A stretch of DNA of 64,000 bases from Coriobacteriia bacterium (GTDB lineage Bacteria > Actinomycetota > Coriobacteriia > Anaerosomatales > JAAXUF01). Numbering within the stretch: the stretch's first letter is position 1; each line of letters begins with the position of its first letter. Location of the stretch: contig JBBRSD010000004.1 in assembly GCA_038245725.1 (NCBI GenBank), forward strand, positions 26,591 through 90,590, given 5' to 3'. Positions 39,488 through 48,226 of the stretch are shown piece after piece. The notes under the pieces are model-generated. The model was not told the origin of the DNA, did no database searches, and saw nothing but the letters and a program-made list of their open reading frames with translations. The position numbers were made by a program, and so were the translations under genes.

Positions 39488-41575
39488 GTGATTCTCTCTG
39501 TCGATAACGTCACGAAGTCCTATGGTGCGCGCGTCCTGTTCAAGGACGCGCGTTTGCGCGTTGGCGTGCGCGATCGAATCGCGCTCGTCGGGCCTAACGG
39601 ATCGGGAAAGACCACGCTTCTCGAGATCATCGCGGGGAAGCAGGACTCGGACGAGGGTACTGTCAGTTTCGCGCGCGACGCGGTAGTCGGCTACCTGGAG
39701 CAGGAAGCCATCGAGATGCACGGCCGCAACGTCTTGGCAGAAGCCTTGAGTGCAGCCGAACACGTCACGTCCATAGAACACCGTCTTCAACTCCTGACCG
39801 AGGAGATGGAGGATACCGAACCCGGTGACGAACTCGATCGGATCGTCGCCGAGTACGGACGCCTTCACGAGCGGTTCGAGGCTCTCGGCGGCTACGCGGT
39901 GGAATCCCAGGCACGTAGCGTACTTTTCGGCTTGGGGTTCAATGAGTGCGATCTTGAGCGCAAAACCGAGGAGTTCTCGGGCGGGTGGCAGATGCGGCTT
40001 GCGCTTGCGAAGCTGTTGCTTGGCCAGCCCGACGTACTTCTCCTCGACGAACCGACCAACCATCTCGACCTCGAGAGTGTGACGTGGCTTGAGGGGTTCT
40101 TGCGCACGTATGACGGCGCGATAGTGCTCGTCAGCCACGACCGCGCCTTCATGGACAACCTCGTAGATCACGTCGCCGACATCGATCGCGGCCAGATCAA
40201 ACTCTACACGGGCACGTACGCGCAGTTCGAGGCCGCACGTGAACTCGCATTGGAGCAGCTCAGAGCCGCCTATGAAGCTCAGCAGAAAGAAATCGCGCAC
40301 ATGGAAGCGTTCGTGGAGCGCTTCCGATCCAAGAACACCAAAGCCAAGCAAGCTCAGGACCGGCTAAAGAAGCTCGAGAAGATGGAACGGATCGTGTTGC
40401 CCGAGGAGCGAAAGCTCGTCCGGTTCCGCTTCCCGCAGCCACCACGAACCGGCGACCTGGTCATCAAGCTCGACAAGGCTTCGAAGGCCTACGGCGACAA
40501 CGTGGTCTACAAGGGACTGGACTTTGCGCTCTATCGCGGCGACAAGGTTGCTCTCGTGGGACCGAACGGCGCGGGTAAGTCCACGCTGCTGAAGATGCTT
40601 GCCGGTGTGCTCGAGATGGACTCCGGTGAGCGTGCTCTCGGACATCACGTCGAGGTCGCCTACTTCGCCCAGCACCAGCTGCAGGCGCTGAACCTCGATC
40701 ACACCGTCTACCAGGAGTTGGAAGGAATCGCCCCCGCCTGGACCCAGTCCGAGGTCCGCTCGCTTCTGGGCGCGTTTCTCTTTCGCGGTGACGACGTGGA
40801 GAAGAAGGTGCGTGTGTTGTCTGGAGGGGAGCGCGGACGTCTCGCGCTGGCGAAGATGCTGGTGAAGCCGGCGCCGCTGCTCTGTCTGGACGAGCCGACG
40901 AACCACCTCGATATCGCCTCGAGCGACGTGCTCGAACAGGCGCTGCGGCGCTATGAGGGGACGATCGCGCTCATCACTCACGACCGGCATCTCATCCGCT
41001 CCGTAGCCACTCGGATCGTGGAAGTGATGGACGGAGTCGCGACGATTTTCGATGGCGACTACGACTACTACCTGGGTAAGCGGGCGGAGCGGGAGGCCAA
41101 GGCAGCAGCGGCCAAGCCGACCGCGACGGTCGTTGCCTCGAAGCCAGGCGCGAAGTGTGCCGTGCCGGCCACTCCGGCTGCAGAACCTGCGGCCACCGAT
41201 TCCATGCGCGCGCCTCGGCGAACCCACGCGGCGGGCGGCAATGAGATTCGGCCGTCAGAACCGACGGTCTCTCAGGCCGGTCCCAAGACCAAAGACCAGA
41301 AGAGGGCAGAGGCCGACCGGAGGAACCGGGCCTATCAGGTCACCAAGGAACGGAAGAGCCGGCTGTCTACCCTGGACACGGAACTCGCGAAGTCCCAGCT
41401 GCGCTATTCAGAACTCGTCGAGCTAATGGCGTCGCCCGATCTCTACTCCGAGCCGGCCGCATTTGACACCGCCTTGGCCGAGTTCACCGCGCTCAAGAGC
41501 CGTCTTCCGGGACTTGAACAAGAATGGATCGCCCTCAACGAGGAGATCGAAAGATTGTCCGCTGACCCTGAGTGA
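39488..41575 (+). CDS. ABC-F family ATPase (ribosome-associated), with C-terminal coiled coil
   Basis: Two ABC cassettes ([26 protein letters not shown]; [23 protein letters not shown]). No TM. Confidence 0.95.
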   Translation: MILSVDNVTKSYGARVLFKDARLRVGVRDRIALVGPNGSGKTTLLEIIAGKQDSDEGTVSFARDAVVGYLEQEAIEMHGRNVLAEALSAAEHVTSIEHRLQLLTEEMEDTEPGDELDRIVAEYGRLHERFEALGGYAVESQARSVLFGLGFNECDLERKTEEFSGGWQMRLALAKLLLGQPDVLLLDEPTNHLDLESVTWLEGFLRTYDGAIVLVSHDRAFMDNLVDHVADIDRGQIKLYTGTYAQFEAARELALEQLRAAYEAQQKEIAHMEAFVERFRSKNTKAKQAQDRLKKLEKMERIVLPEERKLVRFRFPQPPRTGDLVIKLDKASKAYGDNVVYKGLDFALYRGDKVALVGPNGAGKSTLLKMLAGVLEMDSGERALGHHVEVAYFAQHQLQALNLDHTVYQELEGIAPAWTQSEVRSLLGAFLFRGDDVEKKVRVLSGGERGRLALAKMLVKPAPLLCLDEPTNHLDIASSDVLEQALRRYEGTIALITHDRHLIRSVATRIVEVMDGVATIFDGDYDYYLGKRAEREAKAAAAKPTATVVASKPGAKCAVPATPAAEPAATDSMRAPRRTHAAGGNEIRPSEPTVSQAGPKTKDQKRAEADRRNRAYQVTKERKSRLSTLDTELAKSQLRYSELVELMASPDLYSEPAAFDTALAEFTALKSRLPGLEQEWIALNEEIERLSADPE

Positions 41576-41627
41576 CCGGTACGGATTTGCCTTCTGACCT
41601 CCATTTCTGCACGTTCGCAGAGTGAGT

Positions 41628-41667
41628 TTGTAACAATCTTTACAAGCGATTGAGGTCTTACTAAACT
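41628..41667 (+). promoter_or_regulatory. nuo promoter with overlapping Rex/CRP-like palindrome
   Basis: TTGTAA-N6-TTACAA at 41628-41645. -35 TTTACA at 41639-41644, 17-nt spacer, -10 TAAACT at 41662-41667. Confidence 0.6.
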
Positions 41668-41763
41668 GGCCACAGCCGGGTCGGGCCGTACAGTCCGCCG
41701 GCGGTATACGTCCTGTCGTACCGGCTCTTCGTCTCGGCGAGAAGACAGACGCAAGGGGGATGG

Positions 41764-42132
41764 ATGCAGGCAGCCTCCGTCCAAGGAATTCTCTTCGTAC
41801 TCGGCCTCGTGACCGCAGCGACGGCCTTCATTCTCGTGGTGTTCGTCGCGAACTCAGTGCTTGCCCCGCGCAACCCGAGTTCCGAGAAGGACGCCCCCTT
41901 CGAGTGCGGCATGGAGCAGGCCGGCGAGGCTTGGAGCCCGCCGCGCATGCGTTTCTCCACGATCGCGATGCTCTTCGTGCTCTTCGACGCGGAAGCGATC
42001 CTACTGTTCGCCGTCGCCCCCGTGCTGCGGGGAAACCCGCTCGCTCTTATTGAGGTTGGTGGCTTCGTGTTTTTCCTCGCGATCGGCCTGGGCTACGCGT
42101 GGGGGAAGGGGGCGCTGGAATGGCGTTTGTAG
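41764..42132 (+). CDS. nuoA: Complex I subunit A
   Basis: K..PFECG, FVLFDAE, AW.KGALEW. Confidence 0.95.
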   Translation: MQAASVQGILFVLGLVTAATAFILVVFVANSVLAPRNPSSEKDAPFECGMEQAGEAWSPPRMRFSTIAMLFVLFDAEAILLFAVAPVLRGNPLALIEVGGFVFFLAIGLGYAWGKGALEWRL

Positions 42133-42695
42133 ACAAGCTTGGGGCCTCACTCGATGAGGGCTTCGGCGGCGTCATCCTTACGAGCGTTGACGCACTCGCC
42201 AACTGGTCGCGCGGCCAGTCGCTGTGGGCGTTTCCCATGGGCACTGCATGCTGCGCTTTGGAACTCATCGCCGCGTCGTTCAATAAGTTCGATTTCGACA
42301 GGCTCGGCACGTTTCCGCGACCGGATCCGCGCCACACGGACGTCATCATCCTGGCTGGAACCATCACCGAGAAGATGAAGCCGGCCATACTCCGGCTCTA
42401 CCACCAGATGCCGGAACCGAAATGGGTCATCGCGATGGGGAACTGCACCGTTTCGGGCGGCATCTTCTACTACGACACGTACTCCGTCGTACGCGGCGCC
42501 GACACCTTCCTCCCGGTAGACGTCTACATCGGCGGCTGCCCGCCCCGGCCGGAGGCGCTTCAGGACGCGATCATGCAGCTCAGAGAGATCGTGAACTCCG
42601 AGTCGATTGCTCCGGGCAAGCGGTACAAGCGCGACTACCTCCTGCCGGGCGGACCGCGCAGCGCCGGACCGGCCGAGACTGGTGGTGACGAGTGA
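42120..42695 (+). CDS. nuoB: Complex I subunit B
   Basis: ACCALE, QMPEPKWVIAMGNC, PVDVYIGGCPPRPE. Confidence 0.96.
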   Translation: MAFVDKLGASLDEGFGGVILTSVDALANWSRGQSLWAFPMGTACCALELIAASFNKFDFDRLGTFPRPDPRHTDVIILAGTITEKMKPAILRLYHQMPEPKWVIAMGNCTVSGGIFYYDTYSVVRGADTFLPVDVYIGGCPPRPEALQDAIMQLREIVNSESIAPGKRYKRDYLLPGGPRSAGPAETGGDE

Positions 42696-43153
42696 GCCTC
42701 GACGAACTCCAGCGACGCCTCTCCGAGCTCTCACCGGTCCTCGCGCCGTTGTTCTCGCGCGAGTTCGGCGACGCCGTTATCGGCGTGGCGCACGACGCGG
42801 TTTTCGAAACGGCCCTGGAGCTCAAGACGATCGGGTTCGACCGCCTCGGCATGGTGACTGCCGTCGACCGTGGCGAGTACTTCACGATGGTCTACCGGCT
42901 GCAGTCGCGTTCGCTCTCGTCGGCGATCTTCCTGAAGACACGGCTGGCGCGCGACGATGCGCACGTTCGCTCGCTGTGCGACGTGTGGCCCGCCGCGCTG
43001 TGGCAGGAGCGCGAGGTCTACGACATGTTCGGGATCATCTTCGACGAGCACCCCGACCTGCGACGGATCCTGCTGCCCGACGATTTCGAGGGCTTCCCGC
43101 TGCGCAAGGACTACGAGAATCCCAACATGATCAGGCGGCCGGATTACATCTGA
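42692..43153 (+). CDS. nuoC: Complex I subunit C
   Basis: TAVD, W.EREVYDMFGI.F..HPDLRRIL, PLRKDY. Confidence 0.95.
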   Translation: MSLDELQRRLSELSPVLAPLFSREFGDAVIGVAHDAVFETALELKTIGFDRLGMVTAVDRGEYFTMVYRLQSRSLSSAIFLKTRLARDDAHVRSLCDVWPAALWQEREVYDMFGIIFDEHPDLRRILLPDDFEGFPLRKDYENPNMIRRPDYI

Positions 43154-43169
43154 CGAGGGGAGGGTCGAC

Positions 43170-44315
43170 GTGACACTGAAGATCGAATCGAGCACCAACG
43201 TACTCTCCGAGGAGGGCCTGCCTGTCCAAGAGGTCATCGTCAACGTCGGCCCGTCACACCCGTCGACCCACGGTGTCGGCCGGGTCCTCGTCCATCTCGA
43301 TGGCGACGTGGTTGTCAAAGCCGACATGATCATCGGCTACCTGCATCGCGGCATCGAGAAGATGGCTGAAAACCGCACATATTTGCAGATCGTGCCGCTG
43401 ACCGACCGCCTCGACTACGTGGGCAGCATGTATGCGAACTGGGCGTACTGTCGGGCTGTAGAGCGTCTCGCCGGGATACGCGTACCCGAACGCGCTGAGT
43501 ACCTGCGCGTGATTGTGTGCGAACTTCAGCGCATCGCGAGTCACATGATGGGCATCGGCGCCGCGTCTGCGGACACCGGAGCCTTCACGATGTTCATCTA
43601 CGCATTCGATGTGCGCGAACGCGTCGTCGAGCTATTCGAAGCGTTGTGCGGGGCGCGGCTTACCTACAACTACGTCAGGCCGGGTGGCGTATCGCGCGAC
43701 GCGCCCGAGGGTTGGGCCGACGACGTGGTGAAGTTCACGCAGGGAGTCCGCAAGGACCTCGACGAGATGGACCAGCTCTTCTTCGGCAACACGATCGCCC
43801 GAGGCAGGATGAAGGGCATCGGCGTTCTGTCGGCTGAAGACGCTGTTGCCTGGGGAGCGTCGGGACCCACGGCGCGGGGCAGTGGCGTGAATTGGGACCT
43901 GCGCAAGCACGACCCGTACTCCGTCTACCCGCGCATTGAGTTCGACGTGGTAGTGGGCGACAACGGCGACTCCTACGACCGCAACCGCGTCCGGCTTCTC
44001 GAGTGCTACGAGTCGGCCAAGATTATCGAGCAAGCTGTCGCTCAGATGGGCGGCGGCGCGGTGATGGCGGACGGCCAGTCGCGTCTCATCGTGCCCGCTC
44101 CCGGTGACGCCTACGACCACATCGAATCAGCCCGCGGCTCCCTGGGCGTCTATCTCGTCTCCGACGGCTCGCCGCGGCCGTATCGCATGAAGGTGCGATC
44201 GCCAGCTTTCTGCAACCTCGCGCTGCTTTCGCAGCTCGCTGTAGGGCACACGCTCGCCGACCTGGTCGTTGTGCTCGGGTCGCTTGACCCCGTCTTCGGG
44301 GAGGTGGACCGGTGA
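43170..44315 (+). CDS. nuoD: Complex I subunit D
   Basis: NVGPSHPSTHG, GYLHRGIEK, DRLDY, DPVFGEVDR. No NiFe CxxC motifs. Confidence 0.96.
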   Translation: MTLKIESSTNVLSEEGLPVQEVIVNVGPSHPSTHGVGRVLVHLDGDVVVKADMIIGYLHRGIEKMAENRTYLQIVPLTDRLDYVGSMYANWAYCRAVERLAGIRVPERAEYLRVIVCELQRIASHMMGIGAASADTGAFTMFIYAFDVRERVVELFEALCGARLTYNYVRPGGVSRDAPEGWADDVVKFTQGVRKDLDEMDQLFFGNTIARGRMKGIGVLSAEDAVAWGASGPTARGSGVNWDLRKHDPYSVYPRIEFDVVVGDNGDSYDRNRVRLLECYESAKIIEQAVAQMGGGAVMADGQSRLIVPAPGDAYDHIESARGSLGVYLVSDGSPRPYRMKVRSPAFCNLALLSQLAVGHTLADLVVVLGSLDPVFGEVDR

Positions 44316-45271
44316 CGAGCCTTGTGTGGGGACTCGTTGTCGGCCTTGTCTCGGGCATGGTCATCGCGCTGGGTGCGCTTGTGGGCGTGTGGGTGGAGCG
44401 CAAGGTCGCTGCCCGCATCCAGATGCGACTGGGGCCTCAGGAGGCCGGCCCGTTCGGCTTGCTGCAGACGCTCGCCGACACCGTGAAGCTGGTCCTGAAG
44501 GAGGACATCACCCCCACCCAGGCCGACGTGCGCATCTTCCGCATAGCGCCGCTGCTCGTGTTCGTGCCGGTGGCGTCCTCGCTCGCGGTCATCCCGCTGG
44601 CGGCCGGCTGGGCACCCCTGAACATCGCGTCGAGCGCGCTGTTCTTCCTCGCCGTGCCCGCGGTCTCAGTCATCGGGATCCTGCTCGCAGGGTGGTCTTC
44701 TCGGAATACGTACGCATCGATCGGCGGAATCCGAGGCGCGAGCCAGATGATCTCCTACGAGCTGCCGAGAACGCTCTCGGTGCTGTCGCTGTGCGTGCTG
44801 TCGGGCACCGTCTCGGCGGTGGGCATCCACGACTCGTTTCGACTGTGGTGGCTGCCGGTCAACGCACTGGGTTTCCTGGTCTATTTCATCTCCTCGCTCG
44901 CGGAGCTCAACCGCGGGCCGTTCGACCTTCCCGAAGCCGAGTCCGAGCTGGTCGCCGGCTACTTCGCCGACTACTCGGGGATCCGCTGGTCGATCTTCAT
45001 GATGGCCGAGTACGGCGGCATCGTGGCCGCATCGATCTTCGGTACCGCCGTCTTCTTCGGCGGGGGCCTGGGACTGCGCGGGTTGCTCGGCGCCGTCGTG
45101 TACGCGGGAATCGCTTCGCTGATCGCCATCGCGATGATCTGGGTGAAGTGGACGTATCCGCGCATGCGGCCCGATCAGCTCATGACGCTCGCGTGGAAGG
45201 TCCTCACGCCGATGGCACTCGTGCAGCTCACGGTTGCCGGAATCATCACGGCGGTGATTCCGTGGCACTAG
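44312..45271 (+). CDS. nuoH: Complex I subunit H
   Basis: ERKV.ARIQ.R.GP, KEDITP, QMISYE, PFDLPEAESELVAG, PRMRPDQL. Confidence 0.96.
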   Translation: MTSLVWGLVVGLVSGMVIALGALVGVWVERKVAARIQMRLGPQEAGPFGLLQTLADTVKLVLKEDITPTQADVRIFRIAPLLVFVPVASSLAVIPLAAGWAPLNIASSALFFLAVPAVSVIGILLAGWSSRNTYASIGGIRGASQMISYELPRTLSVLSLCVLSGTVSAVGIHDSFRLWWLPVNALGFLVYFISSLAELNRGPFDLPEAESELVAGYFADYSGIRWSIFMMAEYGGIVAASIFGTAVFFGGGLGLRGLLGAVVYAGIASLIAIAMIWVKWTYPRMRPDQLMTLAWKVLTPMALVQLTVAGIITAVIPWH

Positions 45272-45324
45272 CCAAACGCGACCCTCGCCGCGACCCCATC
45301 GATCGTACCTCCACGGAGGTCCGC

Positions 45325-47406
45325 ATGCACGTCTCGGCGACCGACGAGTACGCTCCCGGCGTGAGAGGTTTTCTCCAGAGGTGGGCGAGCGCGTGGACCG
45401 GCCTCGCGATCACGGGCAAGCGCGCGCTCGGGAAACCGACGACGGTCCGCTACCCGCTCGAGAAGCTGACGCTCTCGCCGAGATGGCGCGGGCCGCTGCG
45501 CCTGACCGGAATCCTCGGCCGGGACGAGATCTCGACGATATCGGCGGCGCCGACCGAGTACAACGAACTCATCGACACACTGCTCCACGCCGAGCAGCTT
45601 CCGCCGTGCGTGGGCAACTGCCCCGCGAATGTGGACGCGCGCGGCCAGGCGTATCACCTCGCCGAAGACCGCGTCGCTGAGGCCTACGAGCTCGTTCGTG
45701 AGCGCAACATCATGCCGGGCGTGCTTGGGCGCATCTGCCACCATCCGTGCGAGGCGGCGTGTCGCCGCAATTACTACGACGAGCCCATTGCGATCCGCCC
45801 GCTGCACCGGGTAGCGTTCGAACGCTACGCCGAGGTTCGCGATGAGCGCGTCAAGCCGCTTCCGCGAACGCGCGAGCAGGAGATAGCGATCATCGGTTCT
45901 GGCCCCAGTGGCCTTGCGGTCGCGCTCGATCTCATGCGGCTCGGCTATGGCGTGACCGTCTACGAGAAGGAGCAGCACGCTGGCGGCGCCCTCTTCACGG
46001 GCGTTCCGGCGTATCGCCTGCCACGCGAGGTGCTGAAACAGGAGGTCGACGACCTGGTCGCCATGGGCATGCACCTACGACTCGGCGTCGCAGTTGGCGA
46101 CGACGTGCCCATCGACCATCTGATAGGGGAGTACGATGCGGTTCTGATCGCTGCTGGTCTGCAGGAGAGTCGTATCCTGCCGCTGCCAGGAGCCGACGCG
46201 AAGGGCGTCCGAGGAGCCCTGGACTTCCTGCGCGACGGCAACTTCAAGAACGACGCCGGCGTCAAGGGCAAGCGCGTGCTGGTGGTTGGCGGCGGAAACG
46301 TGGCCGTGGACTGCGCTCGAGTCGCTCTGCGGGTCGGCGCTTCCGAGGTCACGCTCACCTCGCTCGAGTCGATGGACGAGCTCCCGGCCCATCCCTGGGA
46401 GATTGAAGAGGCCCTCGACGAGGGCGTGATCGCGAACTGCTCGTGGGGGCCCAAGGAGGTCCTCACCGAGAACGGGCACGTCACTGGAATGCGCCTCCAG
46501 AGTTGCCTGTCGGTCTTCGACGCGCAAGGCCGATTCGCCCCCCACTTCGCCGAGGAGTACACAGACATCTCCGCCGACGTCGTCGTGTTCGCCATCGGCC
46601 AGTCTCCCAAGCTCGGTCCGATCGTCGCTGGCTCCGATATCCTGCTGACGGAGAGAGGCCTCCTGCCTGTCGACGGCGCCTTGCTCACGACCAACGTACC
46701 TCGCGTGTTCGCGTGCGGCGAAGTGGTCACGGGCCCCGGTTCGGCGATCGGGTCGATCGCGAGCGGACACGAAGCGGCTGCCTCCATCCACCGCATGCTC
46801 TCGGGCGTTGACCTGGCTGCGGACAGAACGTATCGGCCCGTTCCGGTGTATCCGCACTATCAGAAAGCCACCGTGGCCGGCGTCGAATCGATGCGCCGAC
46901 GCGTCAAGATGCCGATGGCCAAGGGGCCAGAACGGGCGAAGGACTTCAGGACCGTCGAGCTCGGATTCACACACCTCGAAGGGCTTGCGGAGGCGGCTCG
47001 CTGTTTGCGCTGCGACTCAGGTGTCTGCGTTGGGTGCACGTTTTGCGCGCGCACGTGCCCGGACTACGCCATTCGCGTCGAGCGCGTGGACGACCCGGGT
47101 GGTCGCTGCGTGACCCGATACGACTTCGACCTGTCGAAGTGCTGCTTCTGCGGCCTGTGCGCCGAGCAGTGCCCCACACGTGCGCTTGTGCACACCGGCC
47201 AGTACGAGCTCTCCTTCTACTCGCGTGAGTACACCTTGTTCGACAAGACTGAGATGGTCCGATCGGCGGAAGGCACGAGAGCGACCGGGGTCGAGATGCC
47301 CGACGACGCGCTGGCCGCGCATGGGGGCCCGACGGGCTTGCCGGTGACCTCGGACAGCGCTCCGGAAAACCCCGAGGACCTCCTCGAAGGGCGGGTGCGG
47401 TCGTGA
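45325..47406 (+). CDS. nuoI: NuoI with an internally inserted GltD/NfnB-like FAD/NAD(P)H Fe-S oxidoreductase module
   Basis: NuoI N-part GLAITGKRALGKPTTVRYPLEK...PRWRG. Insert PPCVGNCP, GRICHHPCEAAC, GSGPSG, GGGNVAVD, FACGE, EAARCLRC. NuoI C-part CVGCTFCARTCP and CCFCGLCAEQCP...YEL..YSRE. ATG at 45325 after GGAGG (alternative GTG at 45262). Confidence 0.92.
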   Translation: MHVSATDEYAPGVRGFLQRWASAWTGLAITGKRALGKPTTVRYPLEKLTLSPRWRGPLRLTGILGRDEISTISAAPTEYNELIDTLLHAEQLPPCVGNCPANVDARGQAYHLAEDRVAEAYELVRERNIMPGVLGRICHHPCEAACRRNYYDEPIAIRPLHRVAFERYAEVRDERVKPLPRTREQEIAIIGSGPSGLAVALDLMRLGYGVTVYEKEQHAGGALFTGVPAYRLPREVLKQEVDDLVAMGMHLRLGVAVGDDVPIDHLIGEYDAVLIAAGLQESRILPLPGADAKGVRGALDFLRDGNFKNDAGVKGKRVLVVGGGNVAVDCARVALRVGASEVTLTSLESMDELPAHPWEIEEALDEGVIANCSWGPKEVLTENGHVTGMRLQSCLSVFDAQGRFAPHFAEEYTDISADVVVFAIGQSPKLGPIVAGSDILLTERGLLPVDGALLTTNVPRVFACGEVVTGPGSAIGSIASGHEAAASIHRMLSGVDLAADRTYRPVPVYPHYQKATVAGVESMRRRVKMPMAKGPERAKDFRTVELGFTHLEGLAEAARCLRCDSGVCVGCTFCARTCPDYAIRVERVDDPGGRCVTRYDFDLSKCCFCGLCAEQCPTRALVHTGQYELSFYSREYTLFDKTEMVRSAEGTRATGVEMPDDALAAHGGPTGLPVTSDSAPENPEDLLEGRVRS

Positions 47407-47903
47407 ATCAGTTCTGGTCGATTGCACTGTTGTGGGGACTGGCTGGCGTCGCCGTGAGCAGCGCGCTTGTTGTTGTCTTCGTGCGCGACGTCATGCGCAT
47501 GGTTCTTGGTCTCGGCGTTTTCTTCCTGTCGCTTGCTGGCTTGTTCGCTTACTTCGCGTTCGGCTTCCTGGCGCTCGCCGAACTCTTCGTGTACGTGGGC
47601 GGGGTGCTCGTGTTGATCCTGTTCGCAATCATGCTCGTCCACCGGTCAGAAGCCGGCAGACCGAGCCTCGACCTCCGAGAAGCGTTCGTCCCCGGCTTCA
47701 CTGCCGCGCTCAGCTCGATCCTGCTCGGTTTCATGTTCTGGCCACTGGCCAAGTCGATCGGACCCGTCACATCGCCCGGCGCACCAGAGGCTCTCGGGAG
47801 GGTGCTCACTGGGTCGCTTCTCTCTCAGTTCGAGATCGCCGGGTTCCTTCTCCTCGTCGCCCTGGTCGCGGTCGTGCTCGTGACGGGCGGTGATCGCTCA
47901 TGA
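47403..47903 (+). CDS. nuoJ: Complex I subunit J
   Basis: VYVGGV.VLILFAIML, FEIAG.LLLVALV. Confidence 0.92.
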   Translation: MNQFWSIALLWGLAGVAVSSALVVVFVRDVMRMVLGLGVFFLSLAGLFAYFAFGFLALAELFVYVGGVLVLILFAIMLVHRSEAGRPSLDLREAFVPGFTAALSSILLGFMFWPLAKSIGPVTSPGAPEALGRVLTGSLLSQFEIAGFLLLVALVAVVLVTGGDRS

Positions 47904-48226
47904 TTCTCGTGGCGCTTTCGTGCGCGCTGTTCGGTATCGGGCTGTTCGGAGTGCTAGCTCGCCGCGATATCGTGGCCATCCTCGCCTCGATCGAAGTCAT
48001 GCTGGGGGGACCGCTTCTGCTGCTCATCGGCCTCGGCTCGACCGCTCGCGCTGCCGCGGCGAATGCGGCAGCGGCATCCGGGCAGGCCGCGACGGTCGAA
48101 GGTGCCGCACTCCTCGTCATCGTCGTTGCGGCGGCAGAAGCGTCGGTCGGACTTGCGCTGCTTGTCACCGTTGCGCGCCGATCGCACACGACGACCCTCG
48201 AGGACCTATCGGAGGTGAGGGGCTGA
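47900..48226 (+). CDS. nuoK: Complex I subunit K
   Basis: LFGIG.FG.L.RR, SIEVML, VAAAEASVGLAL. Confidence 0.93.
   Translation: MILVALSCALFGIGLFGVLARRDIVAILASIEVMLGGPLLLLIGLGSTARAAAANAAAASGQAATVEGAALLVIVVAAAEASVGLALLVTVARRSHTTTLEDLSEVRG

Noticed and set aside
43170-44315. Possible group 4 [NiFe]-hydrogenase large subunit
   Set aside because: Both Ni-binding CxxC motifs are absent (RLDY and DPVFGEVDR instead), so this is NuoD.
44269-45261. N-terminal 331 aa of the 1045-aa ORF-track protein
   Set aside because: Overlaps nuoH in another frame and reads as nonsense. The real start is 45325 or 45262, and it is not a NuoH fusion.
45325-47406. Plain glutamate synthase small subunit (gltD) or an accidental read-through fusion
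   Set aside because: No gltB nearby, and NuoI sequence lies on both sides of the flavoprotein, which a simple stop-codon loss cannot produce.
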